Of a DNA stretch of 64,000 nucleotides, positions 1 through 11,920 are shown piece by piece. Within the stretch, counting starts at the first letter, position 1. Every line of letters begins with the position of its first letter. The translations under genes were made by a program, and so were the position numbers. The stretch lies in contig MU054391.1 of assembly GCA_013239625.1 (NCBI GenBank), forward strand, positions 5,351,824 to 5,415,823, read 5' to 3'. Below the pieces are notes generated by a model, which saw only the letters and a list, made by a program, of their open reading frames with translations, was not told the DNA's origin and did no database searches. This DNA is from Lama guanicoe. Taxonomy: Eukaryota.

Positions 1-1399
1 CTTAGGGTCTTGTAGGGGATCCAGCAGACCAGAGATGGTGATATGGTAGGGATGTGCTGGGTCAGCCCCGACCCAACGTCTGGGTTTATCACACAGGAGT
101 TTTACAGTAGCTGTGGGCTGAGCCCAGGGCCTGTGACGTCTCTGGAACCAGCAACAGAAGCTGTGCTGGGACTGGTTCCCCAGAGGGCAGTTCTACAACC
201 AGATTTCGAGAAGCTTTCTCTGGGTAGACTCAGCCTCATGAAGGGGAGGGGTGACAGGGATGGAGAGCAGCTTCTGCACATGGACCTGGATTCTGCCAAG
301 AACCAAGGTGCTAAATATAGTCCCCATATCTCCTGAGCTACTTGGTGAAGAGGATGTTTCTTGTCTTGCGTCTGGGCTGGGAACAAAAGCCTGCAGGTAC
401 GGGAAAGGAGAGTAGGTTTTCCTCCTATTTGAGGGAAGGTTGCCAGGAAGACATCTGGATTTCATGATCACTGGAAAAGCTCCTTCAGTTAGATCAGACG
501 GGATCTGTGAGAGTTTTGATGAGAACGGTGGCGAAGGAAGTGGCGATCTCTGTGGCCGGAGCAACGCCCAGGCGCCGAGCCTGGCTGTCTCTGTGACCAG
601 CACAGAGCCACGGGGCTGTGTGGGGCCCGGGAGCTACGTGTGAGCGAGGCCCTCGACTCGTTCCAGGTGGCAGGGGGCAGGTCAGCTTCTTGCCTCCTGA
701 CGACATGAAAACCTGACCGTTTCCAGCGGGGAGATCACTGCCCACGCTCGGGTTGGTCCGTGGTTGTGTGTCACTTTCCCTGAGCCACTTCCTTCCTTTT
801 TCTTTGTACACCAGCCTGGCAAGAGGAATTCCTCTTCCACCAGCAGAGTAGGTGGGTGGCATTTCTGTCTGCCAGAAGGATTTTCAGGTGTGACTCTGCC
901 CTTCCCATGCCTCCAGCCAGGACCTGTCACCTCTGGAGGCGGGTGACATTCTCCCTCCAGCTCCTGGCTGGGCTTTCAGGTTCTGCGTCGTACTCTGTGA
1001 TCTCCTCTCCCTCACTGACTCTTGCTCTGGGATGTGGGTGAAGTCATGTCCAATTTTGAGCCCCCGTTTTAAGGGGCACCTGGTGTGGTGACAACAGCCT
1101 GGGCTTTACGCAGACTTGGGTTTGAGTCACGACACAGGCCTGCCACCTGCCAAGTGAATGCTGGTAACTGGTCGTTATTTGCTGAAGGAGTTAATGTTGT
1201 TGGTGCTCTGTCAGCATCGCCCTCATTGCTCTTGGAGTGAAAGTCCCTCAGGGACCCTACGTTGTCTTCTGTCACCCAGTTCCGCTGCCCTGCTCTGCTG
1301 TGGCCACGCTGCCTCCTGGCTGCTTTGCAGGCACGGGGTGGGGGGGGCTTCTACTTCGGAACCTTTGCTCAGGCCATTCTTTCTGTCCAAAACCTTCTC

Positions 1400-1690
1400 T
1401 CCTCCCTGGTAATCCACACGGCTCATCCCTTACCTCTTATAAATGTCACCTCCTCAAGAGTCTGACACTGATCCCCATCTTACCAGCTCCCTGGCCTCTC
1501 TCTTCCCCCACAGCTCACCTCCTAACCTAGTACATAGTTTACTTACTTGTTATACTTTTAATTCATTTTCTGATTCCCTCCTCTCTCCATTAGACCATAA
1601 GCTTCATGGGGGGCTGAGGTTTTTGACTCTCTTTAGTGATGCATCCCCAGCACCCAGAATTGTGCCTGGCACCAAACACAGGAGTAATAC
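1400..1690 (+). mobile_element. L2 (LINE-2) 3' region; its terminal tail continues at 3187-3213
   Basis: ccccagcacccagaattgtgcctggcac resembles the L2 3' end. The expected tail atgtttgttgaatgaat is found at 3194-3210. Confidence 0.7.
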
Positions 1691-1957
1691 TTCTTTTTAA
1701 ATTTTTTTAGTTGATTTAGGGAAATTTAATCTTTTCCTCTCATTTGATAGAAATTTCCAGGACCAAGAGCAGAGTAATCATCAAATGGCAACAGAGTGTT
1801 GTTCCCTTTAAGATTTTAAAAGCTAATGGTTTAAAAAGAAAGTTAAAACAGTATGTTGGAGTAAAGTTTCAAAGTTAAAAAATTATCAGAATAAAGTTCT
1901 AAAAAGCTAAGTGTGAAACCTAAAGTAGATTTAATTATTTTTGATCATGTATCATTT

Positions 1958-3190
1958 TTTGATCCATTTTGAGTTTATTTTTGTGTATGGTGTAAGGGAG
2001 TGTTCTAGCTTCATTGCTTTACATGCTACTGTCCAGTTTTCCCAACACCATTTGCTGAAGAGACTGTCTTTATTTCAGTGTGTATTCTTGCCTCCTTTGT
2101 TGAAGATTAGTTGACCAAAAGTTTGTGGGTTCATTTCTGGGCTCTCTATTCTGTTCCACTGGTCCATATGTCTGTTTGTGTACCAATACCATGCTGTCTT
2201 GATGACTGTAGCTCTATAGTATTGTCTAAAGTCTGGGAGAGTTATTCCTCCAGCCTCTTTCTTTTTCTTCAGTAATGTTTTGGCAATTCCAGGTCTTTTG
2301 TGGTTCCGTATAAATTTGATTATGATTTGTTCTAGTTCTGTGAAATATGTTCTGGGTAATTTGATAGGGATTGCATTAAATCTGTAGATTGCCTTGGGCA
2401 GTGTGACCATTTTAACAATATAGATTCTTCAGTCCAGGAGCATGGGATATCTTTCCATTTTTTTAAGTCTTCTTTAATTTCCTTAATCAGTGTTTTATAG
2501 TTTTCCGTGTATAAGTCTTTCACCTCCTTGGTTAGATTTATTCCTAGGTATTTTATTACTTTGGGTGCTATTTTAAAGGGGATTGTTTCTTTCTTTTTCT
2601 GTTGATTCATTGTTAGCGTAAAGAAATGCAACTGATTTTTGAACGTTAATCTTGTAACCTGCTACCTTGTTGAATTCTTCGATTATTTCTAGTAGTTTTT
2701 ATGTGGACCTTTTAGGGTTTTCTATATATAGTATCATGTCATCTGCATAGAGTGACACTTTTACCTCTTCTTTTCCAATTTGGATCCCTTTTAGTTCTCT
2801 CTCTTGCCTGGTTGCTGTGGCTAGGGCTTCCAAGACTATGTTGAATAGGAGTGGTGAGAGTGGGCAGCCTTAGGAGTGGTGAGGCAGCCTTGTCTTGTCC
2901 CAGATTTTAGTGGGAAGCTTTTCAGTTTTTCACCATTGAGTACTATGCTGGCTGTAGGTTTGTCATATACAGCTTTTATGATGTTGAGATATGTTCCCTC
3001 TGTACNNNNNNNNNNNNNNNNNNNNNNNNNNNNNNNNNNNNNNNNNNNNNNNNNNNNNNNNNNNNNNNNNNNNNNNNNNNNNNNNNNNNNNNNNNNNNNN
3101 NNNNNNNNNNNNNNNNNNNNNNNNNNNNNNNNNNNNNNNNNNNNNNNNNCCTTGTGTCCCTGAGATGAACCCCACTTGATCATGATGTAA
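1958..3190 (-). mobile_element. LINE-1 ORF2 internal fragment (reverse transcriptase and downstream region), relatively young, frameshifted, spanning an N gap
   Basis: Minus-strand ORFs give [62 protein letters not shown] and [16 protein letters not shown]...KTAWYW...DQWNRIE, which are standard L1 ORF2p motifs. Confidence 0.96.
3006..3149. other. Assembly gap (144 N) inside L1
   Basis: Run of N. Confidence 1.
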
Positions 3191-4124
3191 TACATGTTTG
3201 TTGAATGAATAAAACTGGCCAGCAGATACAACTCAGATTGCAGGGAGGGAAACACATGATCCAGGTTCTGTTGATTCATAGAAATCTTGTTTCTCTGGCT
3301 GTAGGGAAGAGGCGTGATTTTTAGGGAGTAGTGTTTGAAAAGTTGAAGTAGTGATTATAGATTCCTAAAAAAAGTAAGAGTGTGTTTGAGTGGCTCCGTC
3401 CTGTAGGAATGTGTGTAGCAGGGGCTGAGGAGAGGATTCCAGGGTTAGAGGTGTGCCTGGCCTTGTTCTGTGTCCATCTCCATTAGGGCTCTGAGGATTA
3501 CCTGTATGTTTCCAAATTGCTGCTTAGTAGGAGTGGAGAATGCTGCTCCTTATTTCTTTTACTCGTGGGACCAAAGTAGTTTGTGGAGTTAGAGCAATTC
3601 AGAGACACGGCTTCAAAACTGAGTCAATTAATTATTGTCCAGGAGGGCTGGGAGGTTAACCCCCAAGGTGATAGCGATCCGACGTCCATGTGACAGTTAT
3701 GATGCAGGCTGGTATTATGTTGGGCTTTGAAGAGCCCATCAGTGAAGGAATTGAGAAGCAGTGTGACCGCCTGCCCTGTCACCCTGTTTTCTGGTTTGCA
3801 CTCTCGCCTTGTGGGAGTTTCTTTCTTTGTTAACGTTAAGGCCTCCAAAATAAACATGCTCAGAATGGTTATCCAGCTTATAGGGTCACCATGATGAGAG
3901 GCTTTTATGCTGTTTGTACTTTCCTCTTTCGTAGGCCCTGGTAGTTCTGCAGTGTCTGTAATCTCTTCTGAGACACCTTTCTGTGACGTCTTCAGTTTCC
4001 CTCCTTCAGTGACCGTGCACTTCTGCAGCTTGCTTGGTGGCCTGGGATCATTCTGCCTTGCGGGAATGCGGTGATGGATGAGAAATGGTCCTTTCCAGTG
4101 AGGAGTTTGTTACTCCTTCTCCCG

Positions 4125-4630
4125 TGCTATAGTTAGAGCCTCTGCTTTGAAGCCAGTTGGACCTGGACTCAAATACTGATTTCACCAGTTGATGCCTGTA
4201 TGATGGTGGGCAAATACACTAGTTTTCTTATTTTTATTTAACGCACACGTGACGCTCACTGTGTGCAGGCACTAAGCACTTAACAAGCGTTAACTGTATT
4301 TAGTCCTTAGGACAGCCCTGTGGGTGGGTACTGGTGTCATCCCTAGGTTTAAAGAGGAGGAAACTGGGACACGGAGAGATTAAGTAACTCTCCCATGATC
4401 ACTGAGCTAGGCAGTAATAAAGCCAGAATTTCAGTCCCAGACACTCCTACTCTTGAGCTCATGCTTTTCATCCTGACACTGTCCATGCTGCTTCCCGCTG
4501 TCTAAGCTTAAGCTTCCTAAATCCATAAAATGGGAGAACTGATCGTGACACTGCCTAGGTACAGGATTGATGTGAGAATCAAGTGAGAAAATCCATGTAG
4601 CCCAGAGGCTGTCACATGGTGAGGGCTCAT
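4125..4630 (+). mobile_element. MIR (+) interrupted by an inverted MIR (~4233-4495, -)
   Basis: gttagagcctctgctttgaagccag...gggcaaatacact, then a reverse core (gaggaaactgggacacggagagattaagtaac), then cttcctaaatccataaaatggg...gtgagaatcaagtgagaaaatccatgt. Confidence 0.7.
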
Positions 4631-6867
4631 GGCAGCTGGTGCTGCCACTGCAGTGCAGCAGAGGGAGATGAAGAGGGTACGCAAGCTATACTAGCACAGT
4701 GACGTGTGCTGAGGTCCTTACAGAGCACTAATGGCAGAGGTGACTTCCTGTAGGGCACTGGGATGCCTTCGGGAGGGCGAAGGGAGGGCAGGTGTGGCAC
4801 ACCAGGTACTGACTCGCCACCTGTGAAGCAGGCGCCGTCTCATTTGATCGACCCAGAGACTGGGGCTCTTATCGCTTACAAAGCCCAGGGTTTGACTAGG
4901 TGGGAGATATGGATAAGGTGCAGAAAGGTGGGCTTGTTCAGGGTCCAGTGGGTTGGACTCTTGAGTTGAGCAGAGGGAGGGATGAGATGAAGGACTGGCC
5001 AGCCACTGTGGGGCCAGGTCACAGCCCAGAGGAGCCCGCTTCCGGCCTTGTGAATGCTTAATTAGCTTTGCACATTGTCTTTTTGTTCTCTCTCTTTAGA
5101 AAATTTCTCCCACACCTTCCTTCCAGTGAATTTCTAGAAATACCCTATTTTTCATGACTCACTGATCAGACACATCCTGTTTGGGGAAGTGTTGAGGGAG
5201 GAATTTCAGGATGGTGTGAAGTGTACTCCTAGTGATGAATGGTGCAGGCAGGGGGTGGCTAGGCTTTTTTGCTGCCCCAGAAACCCACAACCTCCACCCT
5301 GCCTCGTCCCCATCTCCTGGTGAGCTGAATTTCTCCAGATGCAGTGTTTCACTGCCTTGACCTGGTGTACACCAACTGGAAGTTTCCCTCTTGTGTTGTA
5401 GGCAGGGATCTGTGTGTGGTTGCAGAGGGACTAATGGTGGAATTAATCAAATTAGACCTGGGGCCTGGCGTTTTGGACCTGACTAAGTTAGATGACCTTT
5501 TGAACCAAACCAGGGTGGCCATGATGGAGTCTGTGCCAGGCGCCCTGGACAGAGTTGCTCTCAGAGCATTATTTTGAGAAGCAGAGAAGTAGCAGAGGCC
5601 TCTCGGGGCAGACGGCACACACAGCGTGAAACGCTGGCCCTCTGCTTGGAAGGCCTGATTTTACCATGGATCGCTGTTATGTCAGTTTTTATTGTTGGCC
5701 TTCCTTGTTCTAACAGAGGCCGGATGTTTTAAATCATCATGCAGTGGCTCTCTTTTGTATGGCTCGAGGCCTTTTGGCAGGCTGATTGGAAAGCTCGATG
5801 CGTTAGGCCGTGAGATGATAGGAAACTAGGAGAGGCCAGACTTGAGTTGCGGAGGGGGCCGGCGCGGTGCGGTGGCCGCGGTTCAGTCGCGGGAGTGGGC
5901 ACTGGTGTGGGCGGGACCGGGTGCCGTCTTGTGGGCTTGGGCCCGGAGGCAGAACGACGCAAACACTTCAAAAGCAAGTCAGGCTGTTTTGTCCGAGGCT
6001 CTGGGGCCTGAAGGGTGTCCGTGGTGGTGGTACCCGAGAACTTTGTTGGAGGATGAGGCCAGTGACGCTCTCCCTTGAATGGTGAGGGCAGTCAGATGAG
6101 GCTAGGACAGAGCTGCTCAGCCTGGGCCGTTTTGCCTCCTTGGAGGCTGTGGCAAGGTCCAGAGATGAGTTTGGTTTGAGCTGGGGGAAAGGGTGCTCCT
6201 GGGATCCAGTAGGTGGAGGCCAGGGATGCTGCCCACCCTCCAGTGCGCAGGGTGGCCCTGATGTCACCAGTGCTGGGCTGAGAGCCCCTGGGCTGGATGG
6301 TTGTCAAGTACTGGGAGGGTTAGAGGGTGAAGGGGTCGCTCTCTGCACCCCAGCTGCTCCTGGTGAAAGGAGGGAGGGTCTTGGGGGGCCAGAGTTCCTT
6401 TTTAAGTTGGACAGGATGAAGATGATTTAGAAATTTTCATAAGCTGAAGCTTAATCAAGTGCCATGAAGTGAAGGTCATGATTTCAGAGCATGCGGATAC
6501 ATATTAAGTCAACTGAGACCTTGCAGGAGTTGTATTAAAATGCTCATCCTCTTAAACTCCGGCCGTATTCTCATCTCTGCCTTTATTGTTTTTTCTGCCC
6601 TTTAACCTGGTGCTGTGCAGAATGCCAAATGACCTCCTTTGGGGTGTATTTTGATACCTTACTTTTATGATATGAAGATTAATAAAATTAAAACTGCTTC
6701 GTCATGAGATACAGAGCTTGAATTTAATTTACTTTTGTAATTATCTGTATTTTAAAAATCTTAATTCAGTATCTATAAAACTTTCGACTGGAGAGGTAAA
6801 GGGAATTTTTTTAAAAATTCTATCCATATAAAATATTGACAGAATTAAAACACATAAAAAGGCAGCC

Positions 6868-7039
6868 CATGACTCCATTATTGTGTGTGTGTGCGTGTGA
6901 GAGACACATGATGCATGACACCCATTACTTTGTATGTAGGTGGTTGTGTGTGTGTGCGCACGAAAGACACAGGATGCGTGACACCCATTGTGTGTGTGTA
7001 GGTGGGTGTGTGTGTGTGTGCACGAGAGACACACAATGC
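6868..7039. repeat. Minisatellite: 3 units (46, 63, ~63 bp), each containing a (TG)n tract
   Basis: Units start catgact/catgaca/cgtgaca at 6868, 6914 and 6977 and end gagacacatgatg/aagacacaggatg/gagacacacaatg. Confidence 0.85.
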
Positions 7040-7234
7040 TTTTTAGTGTTTTTGAAATGCCTTGCCTTTAAAATTTGGAACTATACTTTATTTCCAGCAC
7101 AATTCAAATCCTTTTCCCTCTTGCTTTTCTTTCTTTCTCCTTTCCTGTGTTGGATAAAAGGTGTTCATTTGCTTCTGAGAATGTGTTGACTTCCAGTTTC
7201 TCTCTTAATTAAAGTTCTGCCTCAAGCTGAAGAA

Positions 7235-7500
7235 GCTAGGCTTTATCCTGTTCGTGGTGGGAGCTGTGGGAGGCTTCTGAGCCAAAGGAAGGGACACAGC
7301 ACAATCTGAGTCAGAAAGATCCCTCTGAGGCTGGAAGTGGGGAGACGGGCAGACAGACCAGGAGAGGCTGTGAAAGAGTTCAGATAGGAGAGGATGAGGT
7401 CTGAGCCTGGGCAGGAGCCAGGGGGTGGAGAGGAAGGACCAACTTGGAGAAATGGGCAGGAGGGACAAGTCTCAGTGACTCTTGGCTGTGAGGACTGAGG
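7235..7500 (-). mobile_element. Degenerate L2 fragment
   Basis: ctttatcctg...gggagctgtgggaggcttctgagc...agaaagatccctctgaggctg pattern typical of antisense L2. Confidence 0.5.
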
Positions 7501-8819
7501 AAGGCGTGGGAATCCAGGAAAATACCCAAGTTTCTGGCTTACGTGGGTTGAAGCTTGAAAAAAAAAGAGGAAAATCCCTGTTTTGTACATGCTTTCATGG
7601 TCAGTGTCACTTTCCGGCTTTTGGTTTTCAAACATAAGTGAAAATGGAGAAGTTTTAACAATGCCTGAAGTCTTGAAGCTGGATTGAGACCTTTCTCACT
7701 TACATCGCAAATTTTAGATAAAAACACGTTTGATATCTTTGGAAAGATCGGAAAGATTCTCCTTCCTTCTGCACTTTAGGAAGTATCTGATCTGTCAGGT
7801 GTGTGATTGAAAGGCTGGGTTCTGAGCCAACAGGAAAGATAGGGACCAGTCTTGCTCTGCTGGTGAAAAGCACATAGCACACAGTAGGCTCTCAGTATTC
7901 TGCCTTCAGTCTGGGCAGTGGTTGTCTTGAGGAAAACCAATGGGTTGTCAGGTAGAGTTTGAAAGTAGTCTTACACCTTTTCCAAAATAAAAGTGCGCAG
8001 CACGGCGAAGAAGTTAAGGGTGAGTGGCATCCGTGTCTTATTTGTGGTCCCACGTGTGCGGTTCTGCCGGCGGGTGCGTAGCTCGGACAACGTCTTGCGT
8101 GGGTGTCTTGTGTGCTTTCTGCGGTTTTCATTCTCCCACAGTCGGGAGGTGGTTCAGGGAGGTGGTGAGCAGACGGCTCTCGCCTCTGATGCTGGGTTTG
8201 TATCCAGGTTCCAGTGCTTGCCAGCATTGTTGTCTGACGGACTGCTTAGTGAGCCCTCTTACAGACCAGTTCATTAACTGTGCACACAGACTACAAATTT
8301 AGATTACATAGTGCTGCTATGTAGTTGTTCCTTTTTTAAAAACAAACAAACAACTCATCTCCTTCTGATCTTTGGTAGAAACTGCTGTGTTCTCTCAGGC
8401 AAGGCACTCCTTGTTTTTAGAGCCTCAATTTCCTCATCTGTGACACCAGAGAACCAGACTGGGGGCCCCCTCGAGATGTGATCATTTCGGGTCTGCCATT
8501 CCGGGTCTCTCTGGACAAGTGTCCTCTGTGCACAGCTTTGCTGGCCGCAGCTGCATTCACCTTGTAAAGCTGTGTCTCATGGGGTGGTGGAATCCTGACC
8601 ACTTTGTCCGACCCCATATGGAAATTGTTTTATCCCTGTGTTACTTGAGATGTCTTTTTCAAGGGCCTTTTCTGATTTACAAGTCAGAAACTCCCCCTGG
8701 AGACGGGGAAACCACAGCGCTTGGAGCATTGCAGGTCTTCTGAGACCAGCGCCGTGCTTGCGTGGGGCAGAGGGCGGCTGCCTGGGGCTGGGAGCGGCCA
8801 AGTATTTCCTGTTGTGGTC

Positions 8820-9380
8820 AGTTTTACTGTAGTGTAATTTACATATAATAAAATCGGCCAATTCGATGAACTGTGACAAATATTTAGTCATGTAATCACC
8901 ACCACAATTATGATGTAAAACACTTCTGTCACCCCCGAAAGTTTCCTCCTGCTTTAAACTAATTTATTGGTGGTTCTGGTAGCTTTTTGGTACATTCCTT
9001 AGCGTTTTCTACATAGATGATCATGTCATCTGTGAATAACAAGTTTTGCCTCGTTCCTTCCCCATCTGTTTTCTTGCTATATTGCACGCCTGGACACTCT
9101 GTCTAGTATCGTGTCACGTAGTCATTGGGGGAGTGGACATCCTTGCTTGGTTCCTGATCCGAAGGGGGAAGGACTCAGTCTTTCCCTGTTGGATATGATG
9201 GTCGTAGCTGTAGGTGTTTTCTCTGAGCCTCTACCAGGTTCTCTTCTGTTTCTAGTTTGCTGAGTGTTTTCCAACATGAATGGGTGTTTAATTTTGTCAG
9301 ATGCTTTTTCTGCTTCAATTGAAATGACCATATAGTTTTCCTTTTTTAGCTTGCTAATGTGGTGAATTACATTACGTTTT
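8820..9380 (-). mobile_element. Old L1M relic: 3' end (8820-8950) joined to an ORF2 RT fragment (8955-9380)
   Basis: Minus ORF 9122..9331 MVISIEAEKASDKIKHPFM...GTKQGCPL resembles L1 RT (ISIDAEKAFDKIQHPFM); gtaatcaccaccacaat resembles an L1M 3' UTR. Confidence 0.85.
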
Positions 9381-9629
9381 TAATGCTGTGACTGCCCTTT
9401 GCTATGGAAGCCTTATGTGTAGGGTTCGCACAGACTTCATGTCATCATATTGGGACTTGAGGATTAGCTGCACTTTGTAATCGTGCAGTCCATTCAGTTA
9501 TTGACAGTGGTTACTCTACACAAATAGTCACTCCTGTGGGGTCTGCCCTGTTTAACTCTGTTAACCTTTTTCCTCTTTCAGTGTTTGTTGGGTAGCACGA
9601 AGCCATGTGTGTGGGAAAGAGTGACAACA

Positions 9630-9765
9630 AACCTTTCTGTAGCCTTTATTCTGTGCCAGGCACTAGTCTAATATGACCTCTTAATTCTCATGACGACCCC
9701 AGGGCGTAGATACCCTTTCCTTCATTTTACAAATGAGGAGGTTGAGGTCCTTCTTCTTGGAAGGT
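9630..9765 (-). mobile_element. MIR fragment
   Basis: tgtgccaggcact...ttaattctcatgac...cattttacaaatgaggaggttgagg. Confidence 0.65.
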
Positions 9766-10482
9766 GAGAGGAGTGATTCCGTTTCACCTGACATTAACTG
9801 AGCTCTTAATTCAGCGTATGTCCGGGAAAATATTTTATCAACTTTAAGCAAAGATGTTGTAGAATTTGGGTTGCACTGTAAGGCATGTAAAACATTAATT
9901 CTTTATTTGCCTAATCATTTTCAGTGAAAGGTTTTCTGGGAAGCCATTGCCTGTTGCCACTGTGTCTGTTAAGCTACAGTGTGACTGTGAGCTTCTTAAA
10001 CATAGTTGGAGTTGAGTATATGCATACATCCATGAAAACGAAATTGATTCTTTTAAGTCAATACTCACGCCTCAACAGCAACAACAGCAAAATGTCCCAT
10101 CGTTTTCCTGTTGGGGACACATGTATTTCCAGCTCAGCCAGCATTCATTAAGCACCCACTTGATGGCAGACACTGTGCTGAATCAGGAAAGGGAGAAGAG
10201 AGAAAGGAAGGATCTGGGCCTCAAAGGATGAATTCAGCGGGCGAGAAGAGGGCGAAGGGCCAGCAGGTAGAGGACTCCCTGGCTGCATGTGCTCGGGTCC
10301 AGATACGTTTAATGTTTAGGGCAGCATATTAGGACTTTGTTACTGGGCAGACAAGTGTGAATTTCAAGCCTGATTCTGCTGTTTGGTAGCACCCTACTTC
10401 TGGGCAAATTGGTTAATCTTTCTTAGCTGGGGATTCCTCATACCAAAAAAAAAAGATGAAGATACAGTGTATATGTCACAGG

Positions 10483-10488
<6 letters not shown>

Positions 10489-10520
<32 letters not shown>
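10489..10520. repeat. (GT)16 microsatellite
   Basis: Direct reading. Confidence 0.95.
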
Positions 10521-10523
<3 letters not shown>

Positions 10524-11771
10524 TGTTTCTGGTCTTGGAAGTGAGGCTAGAGGTCTGTGTTCTATGCTGGAGTGAAACTTTATTTCTCTGCCCAGTGATA
10601 GGCGTTCTGTTTGAACTGTGATGAGCAGCTCTGGTGGTTTACAGATAAAATCTCATCTGGCCTGAACCATGGGAGCTGCTGAGACGTCAGCACCCAGCCC
10701 CGTGCCAGCACGTGGGGCGTACAGGGTGAATGCTGAATGAGTGCACGAGGTTTTACAGTCACCTCTGGAGGTCTGCTTTTATAAGGCTTTACTTCTGGGA
10801 GGATCAGCCTCTGGGAGACTGGCTGCTGCCAGCCGTGAGCAGTCCCAGCAGCCGTGTCCAGCCTGGTGGCAATGGGTGCTTGGTGTGCTTTCAGCCTGGC
10901 CTGAAACAAACATCTTGTTTTGGAACAGAGTGTGGCTGTGTCCTCCGAGCCCTCTTTCTGAAGCCTGTGAGAAGGATGGCTGGCGGCTCCATCCCTTTTA
11001 GAAGGAGGGGATCCAAAGGCCTGTGCCTCCTGGTAATTCCAGGATAGATTCAAGGAGAGAATCCATGGCTGATCACTGTTTTACCACTTTTTTTCTGCTC
11101 CAACTTTTCCTACTTTTTTTGTGGAGGAAAATTGCTCTCTTTGGGGCAGCATGATACTGGGGAAGCAGCTTTTGTGTCCTGATTGTCAGGTCTGACTGTT
11201 ACATGCATTCAGAAAATTAGGTATGAGACCTTGGTGAGCATTAGCTGCTTGGATATAACCGAGGCCCAGTAGCGGAAAAACAAATTTTTGTTCATAAAAG
11301 ATGCAGAAGCAGCCTTGTGTCTTGTCTTTATTTTGGCCTATCCTGAATGATGGCTTTTAGGAGTTACAGAGAGAAGGCGTATGGATTTACAAAGGATTGT
11401 ACTTCGTTTCCAGCAACAGGAATATTTTACCCCAGTGAGTCTTGAAAAAATTTTATAATGCACATTTTTGTTCATAAATTATAATCACGGTGGGTATAGG
11501 AACTCAGATGGAAGATGTGACTAAATCAGAGAAGGAACTGTTAGAATGATATTTGGTGTAAAGGCATCTGCTTACAGTGTCATGCAGATGAATTTTAATT
11601 AACATATTTTCAAGATCTAGTTAGGTGGAAAGTCAAAACCATTCTATATTTTTCAGGGAGGTAGAGTCCACTTAGAGAAGCTAAAGCTTGCTTTATTTTA
11701 ACCGTTTTATTTTAACCTAGACTAACTAGAGGCAGAATGACTGTATAGCTAGGTTACTCTGGTATGTATAT

Positions 11772-11920
11772 ATTCATTCATTCATTCATTCATTCATTCT
11801 CTCACTCACTTGTTCGTGTACCCATCAAGCAATTTGATTGTATACTACACTTGTTGCTGAAAATTCTATAAATATGGACCTTCTGGGGCTCGCAGTCTAA
11901 TTGTAAGGGACAAATAGAAG
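11772..11920 (-). mobile_element. L2 3' end with (TTCA)n tail
   Basis: attcattcattcattcattcattcattc (11772-11799) followed by L2-like sequence. Confidence 0.6.

Noticed and set aside
6868-7039. Repeat-spacer-like pattern resembling a CRISPR array
   Set aside because: Mammalian intron; the intervening parts are homologous TG tracts rather than unique spacers, and there are no cas genes.
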